A stretch of 30,001 nucleotides of DNA, taken from positions 1 through 30,001 of the IMG/VR virus record IMGVR_UViG_3300025392_001125, one strand, 5' to 3'. Of this stretch, positions 1-10,117 are shown piece after piece. Position numbers and translations under genes: made by a program. The stretch is from a virus. Lineage: Duplodnaviria; Caudoviricetes. How positions within the stretch are numbered: the stretch's first letter is position 1; each line of letters starts with the position of its first letter. The notes under the pieces were generated by a model. The model saw only the letters and a program-made list of their open reading frames with translations, did not search any database and was not told the origin of the DNA.

Positions 1-327
1 GATGTCAGGGTGTACTAAAATACCTGATTGATCAAAACGACCGGGAGCTGTTTCTCTACAAACTTCAATATTAACAGAACCAGCATCATCAGTATTACCT
101 GCACCGAGAACTGCAGGATAAACATTAGAAATGTTCTTTACACGTAAATTACAACCATCTTCCATGAATTCTTTAATTTTCTTACGAATTTCATCAGAGC
201 AATTTGTATAAAAATCATGAGTATGTGCATCGTCTTTGAACTTAACAATGTCGCCAACTAGGTATCCACCGCGGTTTAAACGATCCATGGTGCTCTCATA
301 GAGTTTTAAGAACTTTTTCTTCATCAT
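1..327 (-). CDS. Partial hypothetical protein running off the window start (MMKKKFLKLYESTMDRLNRGGYLVGDIVKFKDD...); possible member of the leader-tagged internal head protein family
   Basis: Manually translated open frame of 109 codons from ATG at 327 to position 1, absent from the ORF track; CATAAATA late-promoter motif at 331-338 on the minus strand; N-terminal L-Y-E motif. Confidence 0.75.
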   Translation of the reverse strand, partial: MMKKKFLKLYESTMDRLNRGGYLVGDIVKFKDDAHTHDFYTNCSDEIRKKIKEFMEDGCNLRVKNISNVYPAVLGAGNTDDAGSVNIEVCRETAPGRFDQSGILVHPDI

Positions 328-372
328 ATTTATTTATGCCGCGGTGTTTAGTTTTTAAAGGAATAGGGTATC

Positions 373-380
373 TATAAATA
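373..380 (+). promoter_or_regulatory. T4-type late promoter TATAAATA
   Basis: Exact match to the T4 gp55 late consensus, 5 nt upstream of the gp25 GTG. Confidence 0.8.
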
Positions 381-385
381 ATAAT

Positions 386-862
386 GTGGCTATTAAATTG
401 ACATCCTTAACTAAGGCACCAGTTTTAACAAAAGGATTTACATATTCAGATCTCCATTTAGATTTACAATATCAATACTTAGTTAATCACGAGCTTCAAC
501 GTAAATATGAAATTACTGATGTTCTCGTAGATTACGATCTCGGTGCTATTAGAAATTCAATAGTTAATATGTTTCTTACAATTCCTGGTCAAAAAATTCT
601 TAATCCATATTTCGGACTTAATTTAGCTCAATATCTATTTCAACCATGCGATGAAGATACAGCGTATCTAATCGGCCAAGAAATACAAAAAGGTATTACA
701 ACTTTTGAACCACGCGTACAAATTAACCTTATACAAGTTATAGCACAACCTGATAGTAATTCGTTTTTTATTACGCTTAATATAAGCGTACCTACATTGA
801 ACAGTACTAGCTTCCAAATAGCCGGTACATTAAGTAATTCAGGATTTTATATTAACACATAA
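386..862 (+). CDS. gp25: Baseplate wedge subunit, gp25/GPW family
   Basis: AIRNSIVNMFLTIPGQKILNPYFG and ITTFEPRV motifs typical of gp25; YSDLHLDL near the N-terminus; adjacent to gp6. Confidence 0.9.
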   Translation: MAIKLTSLTKAPVLTKGFTYSDLHLDLQYQYLVNHELQRKYEITDVLVDYDLGAIRNSIVNMFLTIPGQKILNPYFGLNLAQYLFQPCDEDTAYLIGQEIQKGITTFEPRVQINLIQVIAQPDSNSFFITLNISVPTLNSTSFQIAGTLSNSGFYINT

Positions 863-864
863 TT

Positions 865-2775
865 ATGGCAACACCACTTACAACAGCTGCTATTGCTGCT
901 TTACCATCTCCTCAGCAGCCACAAAACCAATTCAACGATTATAACTTACCAATCGATGGTTATGCAGCTTTTGACGCTCTAAGTCTTAAGAGTCTCATTA
1001 TCAATAGACTCAATGCTAATAATATTATTACAGATCAAAACTATGAGGGCAGCAATCTATCATCGATAATTGATATTATTGCGTATTCATATCACGTTTT
1101 ACTTTTTTATCTGAATCGTACAGGTGCAGAAGCTACGTTTACGACCGCAGAATTATACGATAATATTAATAAAATTGTTAAACTAATTGGCTACAAGCCT
1201 ATTGGTGCACAAACTAGTGTATTATCATTTCAAGCTACTGGTAATTCTTCTATTGCTGCAGGATTGTATACACTACCGAGATACAGTTATGTATCTGCTA
1301 ACGGCACCACATTTTCGTTTAACACAGACATCACATTTTCAAAAAATACAGGCAGTACCGAAGAGCTAACAGATTTTGAAAGTAATGCTGTTCTTTATCA
1401 AGGTAAGTATATTGAGTACCCGCTTTATACAGCAACTGGAGCTCCGTTTGAAATACTTACAGTAGCTGCAGTTGATTCAAGTGGCAACAACGTAATCATA
1501 GATCACTTTACAATCGACGTCTACGTAAAGAATAACACTATTGCAACACCTACATGGGTTAAATGGTCGTCAGTACAATCATTATTTTTAGAGCATTCAA
1601 ATGCTACAGCTTACGAAATTCGATTAAATGAAAACGGTCGATATGAAATTAAGTTCGGTAATAATATTACAGGGCAACAACTCAATCCTGGTGATCAGGT
1701 AGCTATTTACTATCTACAATCTGATGGCACAAAAGGTGAAATTGGTACTAACTTACTCAATAATAGTAAAATTTTTCTCTATAGTACACCGCAATTTAAT
1801 GCAATACAAACAGATACTACACCTGCTAATTTAAATCTACTTACACCGACTCAAGTTACAAATATAACTCTATCAAACAATGACCCTTCGACACCTTTTA
1901 AGGATGTAGAAAGTGTTGATAGTATTCGCACTAATTCAAGCAGTACATTTCAATCTCAATATAGATTAGTTACAGCAAGTGATTATCAAACATTTGTTAA
2001 GAGTAATTATACTAATATTGTTGCTTCATGTCGCGTAGTCAATAACTGGGATTATATTCAAGGTCATCTAAAATATTATTTTGATCTCGGTGTAACATCA
2101 CCTAATACACAATCACGTGTATTATTCAATCAAGTTAAGTTTGCAGACTCTACTAACTTTAACAATATTTACATATATGCAGTACCTAACTTGAGCAAAA
2201 CAACGTCAGCTACTACACGTATAAACTATCTTAATTCATCACAAAAACAACTCATACTTAATAGTGTACAGGATACACAATTAGTAACAACAGAAGTTGT
2301 TATGAATGATCCAGTTTATATGGAGGTTGATTTAGGTGTAAATATACCTAATCAGACGCTTACTCCGTCGATTGCACAAACAACAAAACTTGTAATTACA
2401 AGATCTCCGACAGCTAAGCAAAACGCTAAAACTCTCGCACTCCAAGTATCGAATATAATTACAAATTATTTTGCTACTACAAATGACAATCTTGGCTTAT
2501 TGCTTAGTATCAATAATTTAACAAGTCAAATTTTACAGCTTGGTGGTATTACAAATATACAAACAGTTGCAACACTATCAGATGGAACTACATACAGTGT
2601 TCCTGGTATTAATTTTGTTGTATACAATCCAGTATATCCTTACAACGATATTACTATTGTTAATCAAGACACACAGCTACCATATTTTAAATTTCCATAC
2701 TTAAATAACGCTGCAAATTTTATTAATAAAATTTCTGTCGTTACACCTACAATTCAATCTCTCGTAACAGCATAA
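865..2775 (+). CDS. gp6: Baseplate wedge subunit, T4 gp6-like
   Basis: DQNYEGSNLSSIIDIIAY, YEIKFGNNITG, YYLQSDGTKG, ESVDSIR and RLVTASDY motifs match gp6/baseplate J. Confidence 0.9.
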   Translation: MATPLTTAAIAALPSPQQPQNQFNDYNLPIDGYAAFDALSLKSLIINRLNANNIITDQNYEGSNLSSIIDIIAYSYHVLLFYLNRTGAEATFTTAELYDNINKIVKLIGYKPIGAQTSVLSFQATGNSSIAAGLYTLPRYSYVSANGTTFSFNTDITFSKNTGSTEELTDFESNAVLYQGKYIEYPLYTATGAPFEILTVAAVDSSGNNVIIDHFTIDVYVKNNTIATPTWVKWSSVQSLFLEHSNATAYEIRLNENGRYEIKFGNNITGQQLNPGDQVAIYYLQSDGTKGEIGTNLLNNSKIFLYSTPQFNAIQTDTTPANLNLLTPTQVTNITLSNNDPSTPFKDVESVDSIRTNSSSTFQSQYRLVTASDYQTFVKSNYTNIVASCRVVNNWDYIQGHLKYYFDLGVTSPNTQSRVLFNQVKFADSTNFNNIYIYAVPNLSKTTSATTRINYLNSSQKQLILNSVQDTQLVTTEVVMNDPVYMEVDLGVNIPNQTLTPSIAQTTKLVITRSPTAKQNAKTLALQVSNIITNYFATTNDNLGLLLSINNLTSQILQLGGITNIQTVATLSDGTTYSVPGINFVVYNPVYPYNDITIVNQDTQLPYFKFPYLNNAANFINKISVVTPTIQSLVTA

Positions 2776-2776
2776 A

Positions 2777-5065
2777 ATGTCGTATAACATACAGTATAAC
2801 AATATACAGTTTAATATCTATGACTATACAGGTAATACCTCTCTTAGTACATACACCTTAGATATTACACCGCTTAATTTTGTACCTGATTTTACAACAT
2901 CTACACTTCTCTCTTCAGCACAAATTTTTTCTAATACTCTCATACACTGGGATTTTGGAGATGGATCATTCTCTACAGAACTTACTGCAAGTCATGTATA
3001 TCAATGGCCTGGTAGCTATAACGTCACATTAACGATTTATGATGGTTATGGAAATGCATATGATAGTTCATATAACCCTACAATAAATGTTTATGACTTC
3101 GTACCAACTACTTTAACTTGGCAAAACTACCCCCTAAGCTCTCTGAGCGCACAATCTGTTAGCTTAAGTGCTCAGGTACTCAGCGCTAAAATAATGGGAC
3201 CGTTTACTGTTAATACATTTAATAGCTGGCAGTCCTACCCTGCTTTAAGTGCTACAGGTTATACTATTAATTTTTATGCATCAGGTGCAGGCGGTGACTA
3301 TATAACTGCTACAGATTACTACAGTAATAAGTGGTCACATTTACGAACACTTAATCAATTTTTTGCTATTGAGAACTTATTTAACACAGTACAGTACGTA
3401 AATGTTGATTCTCTATCAACAATACAAACAGTAATATACGCTAATATTAAAAACAATCAATTACAAACTTGTGGTCCAAATGACCCGGGTGCAACAATTG
3501 CTGGAACTTCCGGTTATTGTCAAATTTACTATTCTGATGATTCTATTAAAGATATTATTACCCTAAGCGGCTCACCTATCTTTCTTTTTGCAACCATAGA
3601 CTCATCTAAATTCAATGACCTGTTCACTCAACGAACAAATTTATTTAATTATGTCGATTATCCTATAATAGGTTATCAAAATTTAGCACCAGCTGTTTTT
3701 GAAGTATTGCGTGGTTCTTCGTACTATTCACCGGCTACACAACTTGCAATATCGACAACAGGTATTACCGGTGAAGGTACATTAGCTAATTCTGTTTCAT
3801 CAATTTTTAATATACCAAGCATTTGTTGGCAAAACACACAAATTCCATATGTTATAACCCTTAAGGATGCTAATAACTTTACAACAAAATTTTACCCGCC
3901 TCTATCTTCCTCAACTGCTAATACAAACGCAATTGGCCTAACAGCTAATAACGTGCAGACAGGTATAATATATTACGATCAAAATGGTAATACATATCCA
4001 CTACCGGGTGTTACTTTTGTAGAAGACTTCATAACACCTGGAGCTGTACAACAATTAGGCAGCTTTTATAAAGGTTATTTTACATCACAGAGTACTGCAC
4101 TAAGTTGTGCTCTAACAGCGTCACTTGTTGTAGTTGATCCATTATCTGGTAATACTGCAACACTTACAGGTACATCAAATACATTTAGCATATATACAAC
4201 AGCCGGTCAATATAATATTGCTAAAGTAAATGAAAATTGGGATGCTGCAGGATTCTATAAATCTTTACGTTTTCAAGAACCGTTATTAGATTACGACAAT
4301 TTCTTTACAGGGTTTCTTGGTACCATTGTTGGTGATGCAAATGCATATCCATATGAACTCGGTAAAACCGTATACGAAAAAATCGCAAATTTTGTAAGTA
4401 ATAGAGCGGATATCGACACATCTAATGTCGATGCATTATTGTCATTTTGTAATGAATTGTCTATACAATTTGAACAATATAATTATAGTTACCCACCACA
4501 GCTAAGACGCTTGGTTGATATATTATCAATCAAACAACAAAAACTTAGAGGCGCACCAAATACCTATAATACCAATTTTAATAATAACATACAGCTATAT
4601 ACAGATCGCTCTATCGGACCGAATCTTGGTACACAAATAAGTGTACTTTCAGGTATTGTATTTGCAGGTCAACCAATTATAGCTTACGAGACATTTTCTG
4701 GTAATTATACACTTGTCAATAACATTAGTAGTAATTACATATCTCTTTTATCATCTAATAATGTTTTTTATGCTCCACTTTCGACATATACACCGGATTG
4801 GGGTTGGGGTCTTATAGTACCTAATGATGTTACAGGTATCAATATTTCTAATTATTACAAGTTCTATACATACAATAATATACAAGATGGGACATTCTAC
4901 GATAACGTTATAAATTGGTCAGATACACAAACAACATTATTATCGAGTCAAGATTCATACAGTCTGTGGAGCAATGATGGTGGTATTATGCAAAATATTA
5001 TTAGCTATGAACTTACAAAAGGTTTGAGCTTATTTACTTCTGCTATACAGATAGCATTAACTTAA
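2777..5065 (+). CDS. PKD-domain virion/baseplate protein (possibly in the gp7 role)
   Basis: PKD signature WDFGDGS...SHVYQWPGSYNVTLT; S/T/N-rich beta content; directly follows gp6 with a 1 nt gap. Confidence 0.6.
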   Translation: MSYNIQYNNIQFNIYDYTGNTSLSTYTLDITPLNFVPDFTTSTLLSSAQIFSNTLIHWDFGDGSFSTELTASHVYQWPGSYNVTLTIYDGYGNAYDSSYNPTINVYDFVPTTLTWQNYPLSSLSAQSVSLSAQVLSAKIMGPFTVNTFNSWQSYPALSATGYTINFYASGAGGDYITATDYYSNKWSHLRTLNQFFAIENLFNTVQYVNVDSLSTIQTVIYANIKNNQLQTCGPNDPGATIAGTSGYCQIYYSDDSIKDIITLSGSPIFLFATIDSSKFNDLFTQRTNLFNYVDYPIIGYQNLAPAVFEVLRGSSYYSPATQLAISTTGITGEGTLANSVSSIFNIPSICWQNTQIPYVITLKDANNFTTKFYPPLSSSTANTNAIGLTANNVQTGIIYYDQNGNTYPLPGVTFVEDFITPGAVQQLGSFYKGYFTSQSTALSCALTASLVVVDPLSGNTATLTGTSNTFSIYTTAGQYNIAKVNENWDAAGFYKSLRFQEPLLDYDNFFTGFLGTIVGDANAYPYELGKTVYEKIANFVSNRADIDTSNVDALLSFCNELSIQFEQYNYSYPPQLRRLVDILSIKQQKLRGAPNTYNTNFNNNIQLYTDRSIGPNLGTQISVLSGIVFAGQPIIAYETFSGNYTLVNNISSNYISLLSSNNVFYAPLSTYTPDWGWGLIVPNDVTGINISNYYKFYTYNNIQDGTFYDNVINWSDTQTTLLSSQDSYSLWSNDGGIMQNIISYELTKGLSLFTSAIQIALT

Positions 5066-5071
5066 ATTTTT

Positions 5072-5079
5072 TATAAATA
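5072..5079 (+). promoter_or_regulatory. T4-type late promoter TATAAATA
   Basis: Exact consensus 11 nt upstream of the portal ATG. Confidence 0.8.
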
Positions 5080-5090
5080 AAATATAACCC

Positions 5091-6860
5091 ATGGACCAAA
5101 ATAGAGAGAGCACATTTGGAAGAGAGCTGATGAAGTATGTATCAGCAAAACTTCCTTATCAAACATATAATGCTGCGGATAAAATTAACGAATTAAATCC
5201 GAAGTACGCTCTTTTCTATCAAAAGGGATCAGATAAACAAGGCGCTCTTGTTCGTCAGTCCATATCCTCTTCAATATCAACGACGGACGATCAGTACGCA
5301 AACATCCTCCAAAATAAAGATTACCATGATTTTATGTACGCCAATATCCAGCCGGATAAAGGGCGTAGATTAATGGATTACCGCGTTATGGCAGCTTTCT
5401 CTGAAGTTGCTGACGCATTGGATGAAATTTGTGATGAATTTATTAATAAAGATGAACACGGTGAGATCGTAAAATTACGATTTGTAGATGTTGATTTATC
5501 TGATTCACAAAAAACAAAATTAAAGCGCGAATTTCAAAAATATATAGGTTACTTTGATTTTGAAAATCGTGGATGGGAATATATTCGTCAACTTCTCGTC
5601 GATGCTGAGTTATTCTGGGAGCATATTATTCATAAAAAATATCCAAAAGAAGGAATTCTCGGTGTAGTAACAGTTCCTTCTGATGTAATTGATCCAATTT
5701 TTGAAAATGTACAAAACATGATTGTTAAGGGTTATCTCTTACGTAAACCTGTTTTTGATGCAAAGAATCCTGGTAAGATTGCAAAGACTGAACTTATCCC
5801 GATGGATATTAATCAGATAACATATATCAACTCCGGTATTTGGAATGAAAATAAGACTCTACGTTTACCGTTTATTGAAAATGCACGTAGAGCTTATCGT
5901 CAGTTAAGTCTTATTGAGGACGCTATTGTTATCTATCGTCTTGTACGTGCTCCTGAACGTCTCGTCTTTAATGTTGATGTCGGTAGTATGAACGGACCAA
6001 AGGCTGAAGCTTATCTCCGTAAGCTTATGACCAATTACTGGTCAAAGCGTAACTACGATGCCAATCAAGGTGCTACTGTTCAGCAGTTTAACCCGCAGTC
6101 AATGTTAGATAGTTTTTGGTTTGCTAAGAGAGCAGGATCTGAAGGCACTACAGTTACTCAACTTCCTGGCGGTGCTAACCTTGGTGAGTTAACTGACTTA
6201 ATGTATTTTGTTAAGAAACTCTACAAGTCACTAAAGGTTCCTTCTAACAGATTAAACCCTGATGATACGTTTAAGGATGGTACAGATATTCTTCGTGAAG
6301 AATTAAAGTTTGCGAGATTCATTATTCGTCAACAACAACGGTTTGCTGGTGGTCTTAAAAATGGTTTCTTGACTCACATTAAGCTTAAAGGGTTATTTGA
6401 TGAAATGAAGCTTAGGGATTCAAATATTGACCTTCATTTTAATGTTCCGACAAACTTCTATGAATTAAGAGAAAATCAGAAATTCCAACTTAAAGCAGAA
6501 AACTTTAATAATATCACACAAAGTGATTATGTATCAAAAACATATGCTCAGAAGCGCTATCTCGGGTGGAATGACACAGATGTTATGGCAAACCGTGAAT
6601 TCTTACGTAAGGATAAAGAACTTATGTGGGAGCTCGCTCAAATAGAGAGTAATGGACCTGATTGGCGTGAAATGGGTGCGTTAACAGGTGGTGCAGCAGG
6701 TGCGCCTGGAGAGCTTGGAGGCGGAGGAGGAGGCGGAGCTCCAGCAGGTACACCACCTGCGTTTGGTCCTGCTCCGACAGAGACAGCTCCAGGAGCTGAA
6801 GCTGGTGCACCAGGTGCCGAAGCACCGCCAGCCGGTGGTGGCGAAGCACCGCCTGCCTAA
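5091..6860 (+). CDS. gp20: Portal vertex protein
   Basis: LIEDAIVIYRLVRAPERLVFNVDVG, KAEAYL, LPGGANLGELTD, YFVKKLYKSLKVP and ILREELKFARFI match T4 gp20; Gly/Ala/Pro-rich C-terminal tail. Confidence 0.96.
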   Translation: MDQNRESTFGRELMKYVSAKLPYQTYNAADKINELNPKYALFYQKGSDKQGALVRQSISSSISTTDDQYANILQNKDYHDFMYANIQPDKGRRLMDYRVMAAFSEVADALDEICDEFINKDEHGEIVKLRFVDVDLSDSQKTKLKREFQKYIGYFDFENRGWEYIRQLLVDAELFWEHIIHKKYPKEGILGVVTVPSDVIDPIFENVQNMIVKGYLLRKPVFDAKNPGKIAKTELIPMDINQITYINSGIWNENKTLRLPFIENARRAYRQLSLIEDAIVIYRLVRAPERLVFNVDVGSMNGPKAEAYLRKLMTNYWSKRNYDANQGATVQQFNPQSMLDSFWFAKRAGSEGTTVTQLPGGANLGELTDLMYFVKKLYKSLKVPSNRLNPDDTFKDGTDILREELKFARFIIRQQQRFAGGLKNGFLTHIKLKGLFDEMKLRDSNIDLHFNVPTNFYELRENQKFQLKAENFNNITQSDYVSKTYAQKRYLGWNDTDVMANREFLRKDKELMWELAQIESNGPDWREMGALTGGAAGAPGELGGGGGGGAPAGTPPAFGPAPTETAPGAEAGAPGAEAPPAGGGEAPPA

Positions 6861-6875
6861 GCTTAAATAATCTAT

Positions 6876-7955
6876 ATGGATTGTTCAGCTATTACACCAA
6901 TTTCAGCTTTTCAAAGCACAAATTTATCTAGCAAGATAAATTCATTTTCAAGATTAGGTGATAGAATTACACGCACGCTTGGTGCGCCAATGATTAATAT
7001 TGAAATTCACCAAGATCAATTATTCGAATTTATATCAATTGCTTGTGAAATGTTTGCAAAATACGCAGGCTATACAGAGGAGTATCTCGTATTCAACTCA
7101 GATTTATATAAAGATGGTGTTGGTATAAAGCTCGATGACTTGTTCAGTATTACACCTGAATTTAGTAGAATAGATAAGCCGACGACGACAGTATATGCTT
7201 GTAATTCTTCTATTCCTGGAAGCTTCTTTAGCACTTCACCGCTCTTATCTTCAACATATGCAGCAGGAATATTTGCAAATCAAATTTTAACTACGACAAA
7301 CTACTTAAGTGTTATAAACTTTAATAGTTCTGTTGCAGGTCTCTTTACACCATCAAGTAATGATCAGTCTCAATACGTTAATAGTTTTGATTATGATGCA
7401 ATGTCATATAGAAAAGTTATAGACGTAACAAGTTTTGAAGAAGGTTCATCTGATGGTGTTAATACGCTTTTTACTATCGAGCAAACATTAGCACAGCAGA
7501 CCTATTTTAGTTACTCGATGGGTAATTATGGCTTCGATCTAATTAGTTGGTATACACTTAAGAATTGGTTAGGTGTACGCGAAAAGATGTTAGCTACTAG
7601 ACGTTCGTACGTTTTTGATCCAAGAACACAGCTCTTAGTATTTTACCCACCTCCACGTACCCCTGGTTCTGGTAGTAAGTTCTGGGGTGTAATGCCGTGT
7701 TATGTAGAACGTCCATTACGTGATCTTATAAAAGAACAATGGGTATATCAATATGCATTAGCTTTATCAAAAATCGCCGTTGGTAATGTACGTGGTAAAT
7801 ACACAGGGACAACCATGTTCGGTGGTGGGTCAATTAATTTTAATGACTTACTAACTCAAGGATTAAAAGAAAAGGACGCTTTGGAGCAACAGTTATACAC
7901 TGGTGCTTCTACTGGTATGGGCGACGGTGCACCACCTCAATTCTTTATTGGATAA
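6876..7955 (+). CDS. gp13: Neck/head-tail adaptor protein, gp13-like
   Basis: RTLGAPMINIEI...DQL near the N-terminus; WVYQYALALSK...G..RGKY...MFGGGSIN and FFIG C-terminus resemble T4-like gp13. Confidence 0.8.
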   Translation: MDCSAITPISAFQSTNLSSKINSFSRLGDRITRTLGAPMINIEIHQDQLFEFISIACEMFAKYAGYTEEYLVFNSDLYKDGVGIKLDDLFSITPEFSRIDKPTTTVYACNSSIPGSFFSTSPLLSSTYAAGIFANQILTTTNYLSVINFNSSVAGLFTPSSNDQSQYVNSFDYDAMSYRKVIDVTSFEEGSSDGVNTLFTIEQTLAQQTYFSYSMGNYGFDLISWYTLKNWLGVREKMLATRRSYVFDPRTQLLVFYPPPRTPGSGSKFWGVMPCYVERPLRDLIKEQWVYQYALALSKIAVGNVRGKYTGTTMFGGGSINFNDLLTQGLKEKDALEQQLYTGASTGMGDGAPPQFFIG

Positions 7956-8008
7956 TTTTTTCTCCTAACCTTAGAGAAAATTATCTCTTAACCTTAAATA
8001 TATACACC

Positions 8009-8974
8009 GTGATAAAGTGTAAAATATGTGATTTAACCGTTAAAACTATAAGCAGTTTATCACACCATGTGCGTAATAAGCATTCATTAGATTCAAAGCA
8101 ATATTTTAATCAGTACATAAAGACAGGGCAGGACGGTTTATGTAAGATCTGCAACAAAGAGACACAATGGATAAATTTAAATAAGGGCTATAAACCAACA
8201 TGTTCACATACTTGTGGTGGTATATTACATAGACAACAACTAAAGCAAGACAATATAAAATATGCAACTTTTACTAATAAAGTCACACATAACGCTAAAA
8301 AAATTTGGCATCAACGTGAATTAAATGGACAAAAACAAAAAATTGCTAATAAGATAAGCAATACTCTAAAAAGGAAAGCAAGCGAGCTTACTGTAGAACA
8401 GAGACGAGATAGGTACGGGTGGCTTAATAAATACACAGGAGCTGAAAGGCAGGAGAAAATAGATAAACTACTCTGTACCGGTATGTTTGAATGGTGGAGA
8501 AAATCTACACAACAACAACGAGATCATGTTTATTTAATGCGTCGAGGTGAATATAAATCCTGGTTACTTAAAAATAAAACAATGCTAGTAACCAACAATT
8601 ATACAAAAACTGAAATACGTAAAATGTTTACAAAATACCTAAGCGAGATGGCAACAGAGAGACAGATAACTGCAGATAATTATCAATTATATCGTAAAGA
8701 AGTTGATAGATTAACTAGTATAACTTATACAAAATATAAAGATATTATTAATCCTGAAAATTTAAAGCGATCGACTCACTACTATCATCTCGATCATAAA
8801 CTAAGCGTATATGAAGGATATTTATATAATATACCCGCTAGCATAATTTCATCTGTTTGGAATCTGCAAATGCTGCCTGCTAGAGACAACTGTAAAAAAT
8901 CTCTACATAGTAATATTACTATTCATCAATTATTAGACACAATAAAAAAACATGACACTACCGCTACCATCTAA
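8009..8974 (+). mobile_element. Free-standing HNH homing endonuclease with N-terminal zinc fingers
   Basis: C2H2 finger CKIC...HHVRNKH, second CKIC...CSHTC cluster, C-terminal HLDHK...NLQML...DN..K HNH-type motif; own CTTAAATA promoter at 7993-8000; A-rich codon usage; overlaps the next gene by 23 nt. Confidence 0.75.
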
Positions 8975-9416
8975 TGGAGGAAAATTTAAACAAGGTTTTT
9001 TTAATCCAAAAAACCCTTTAAAATATATTGGACAAAAGCCAATTCGATATTTAAGTTCGTGGGAATTAAAATTTTTTCGTTTCTGTGATGATAACGCTAA
9101 TGTAGTAGAATGGGCATCTGAAGCTGTGATCATTCCTTACGTAAGTCCTGTCGATGGTAAGGTTCATCGTTACTATACAGATGGTATTATTGCTATAAAA
9201 GAAACCACAGGTATAAAGAAGTATATTGTTGAAATTAAACCTAGTGCACAAACCAAACCACCGGTAAAAGGTAAGAAAAGACAGTCAACTATGGTGTATG
9301 AAACCATAAGATACGCACAAAATCAGGCAAAATGGACGGCGGCTAAACAATGGTGTTCCAAACATGGTTATGAATTTCTTATCTTGACTGAGGGAGAATT
9401 AGGCATAACTAGATAA
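8952..9416 (+). CDS. gp4: Head completion nuclease (T4 gp4/gp50 family, TnsA-like fold)
   Basis: KQGFFNPKNPLKYIG, YLSSWELKF...CD, WASE...IPY, HRYYTD, VEIKP..QT, NQAKW.AA and FLILTE motifs. Confidence 0.92.
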   Translation: MTLPLPSNGGKFKQGFFNPKNPLKYIGQKPIRYLSSWELKFFRFCDDNANVVEWASEAVIIPYVSPVDGKVHRYYTDGIIAIKETTGIKKYIVEIKPSAQTKPPVKGKKRQSTMVYETIRYAQNQAKWTAAKQWCSKHGYEFLILTEGELGITR

Positions 9417-9430
9417 ATAATAAGTCGAAC

Positions 9431-9438
9431 CATAAATA
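9431..9438 (+). promoter_or_regulatory. Late promoter variant CATAAATA
   Basis: One mismatch to TATAAATA, 8 nt upstream of the gp21 ATG; the same variant recurs at 331, 21845, 27843 and 29845 on the minus strand. Confidence 0.7.
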
Positions 9439-9446
9439 ATTTTAAT

Positions 9447-10109
9447 ATGTCATTACGCCTACTAGTTGAAACACCTGCTCCTGAAGAACAGTTCGAATAT
9501 ATTGAAGAGCAGAAGAACCTAAAAGGTCAATCCAAGCTCATCATTAAGGGCCCATACATGGAATGTGAGATGGTTAATAAGAATCAACGTATCTATACAG
9601 AATCAGATATGGCTCGTGAAGTAGATCGTTATAACCGTGAAATGGTTGAAACAAAGAGAGCACTCGGTGAATTAAATCATCCAGCTTCAGCTGAAGTAGA
9701 TCTCGAAAGAGCATGTCACATGGTTACTTCCTTACGTAAAGACGGTAAAACAATTTGGGGTGAGTCAGTAGTTCTTTCTACACCAACAGGACAAATTGTT
9801 CGTTCACTTATTAACGACGGTGTTAAAGTAGGTATGTCAAGTCGTGCCCTCGGTCAATTAGAAGAGCAATCAAATGGTATCAACCGTGTAAACGAAATGC
9901 GTCTTATTGCTGTCGACTGTGTTGCCGATCCTTCCTGTCCAAGAGCTTTTGTTAACGGTATTCTTGAATCAAAGCAATTTGTACTCGCTCAAGACGGTCG
10001 TTACGAAGAAGTTTACGAGCAATTTGCTAATAATTTGAAGAATCTTCCACGTCATGATGTAGCAAGTTTTCTTAAGAATCAGATACTTTCTTTCCTATCT
10101 AAACTATAA
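9447..10109 (+). CDS. gp21: Prohead core protease
   Basis: NKNQRIY, ALGELNHP, GMSSRALG, DCVADPS..AFV.GILE motifs match T4 gp21. Confidence 0.96.
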   Translation: MSLRLLVETPAPEEQFEYIEEQKNLKGQSKLIIKGPYMECEMVNKNQRIYTESDMAREVDRYNREMVETKRALGELNHPASAEVDLERACHMVTSLRKDGKTIWGESVVLSTPTGQIVRSLINDGVKVGMSSRALGQLEEQSNGINRVNEMRLIAVDCVADPSCPRAFVNGILESKQFVLAQDGRYEEVYEQFANNLKNLPRHDVASFLKNQILSFLSKL

Positions 10110-10112
10110 ATA
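10105..10112 (+). promoter_or_regulatory. T4-type late promoter TATAAATA overlapping the gp21 stop codon
   Basis: Exact consensus 5 nt upstream of the ATG at 10118. Confidence 0.75.
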
Positions 10113-10117
10113 ATTTT

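Noticed and set aside
6680-6860. GC-rich repetitive stretch
   Set aside because: It encodes the Gly/Ala/Pro low-complexity tail of the portal protein and is not a separate element
8952-9416. TnsA-like transposase of a Tn7 element
   Set aside because: Motifs and context match the T4 gp4 head completion protein; no other tns genes or element ends
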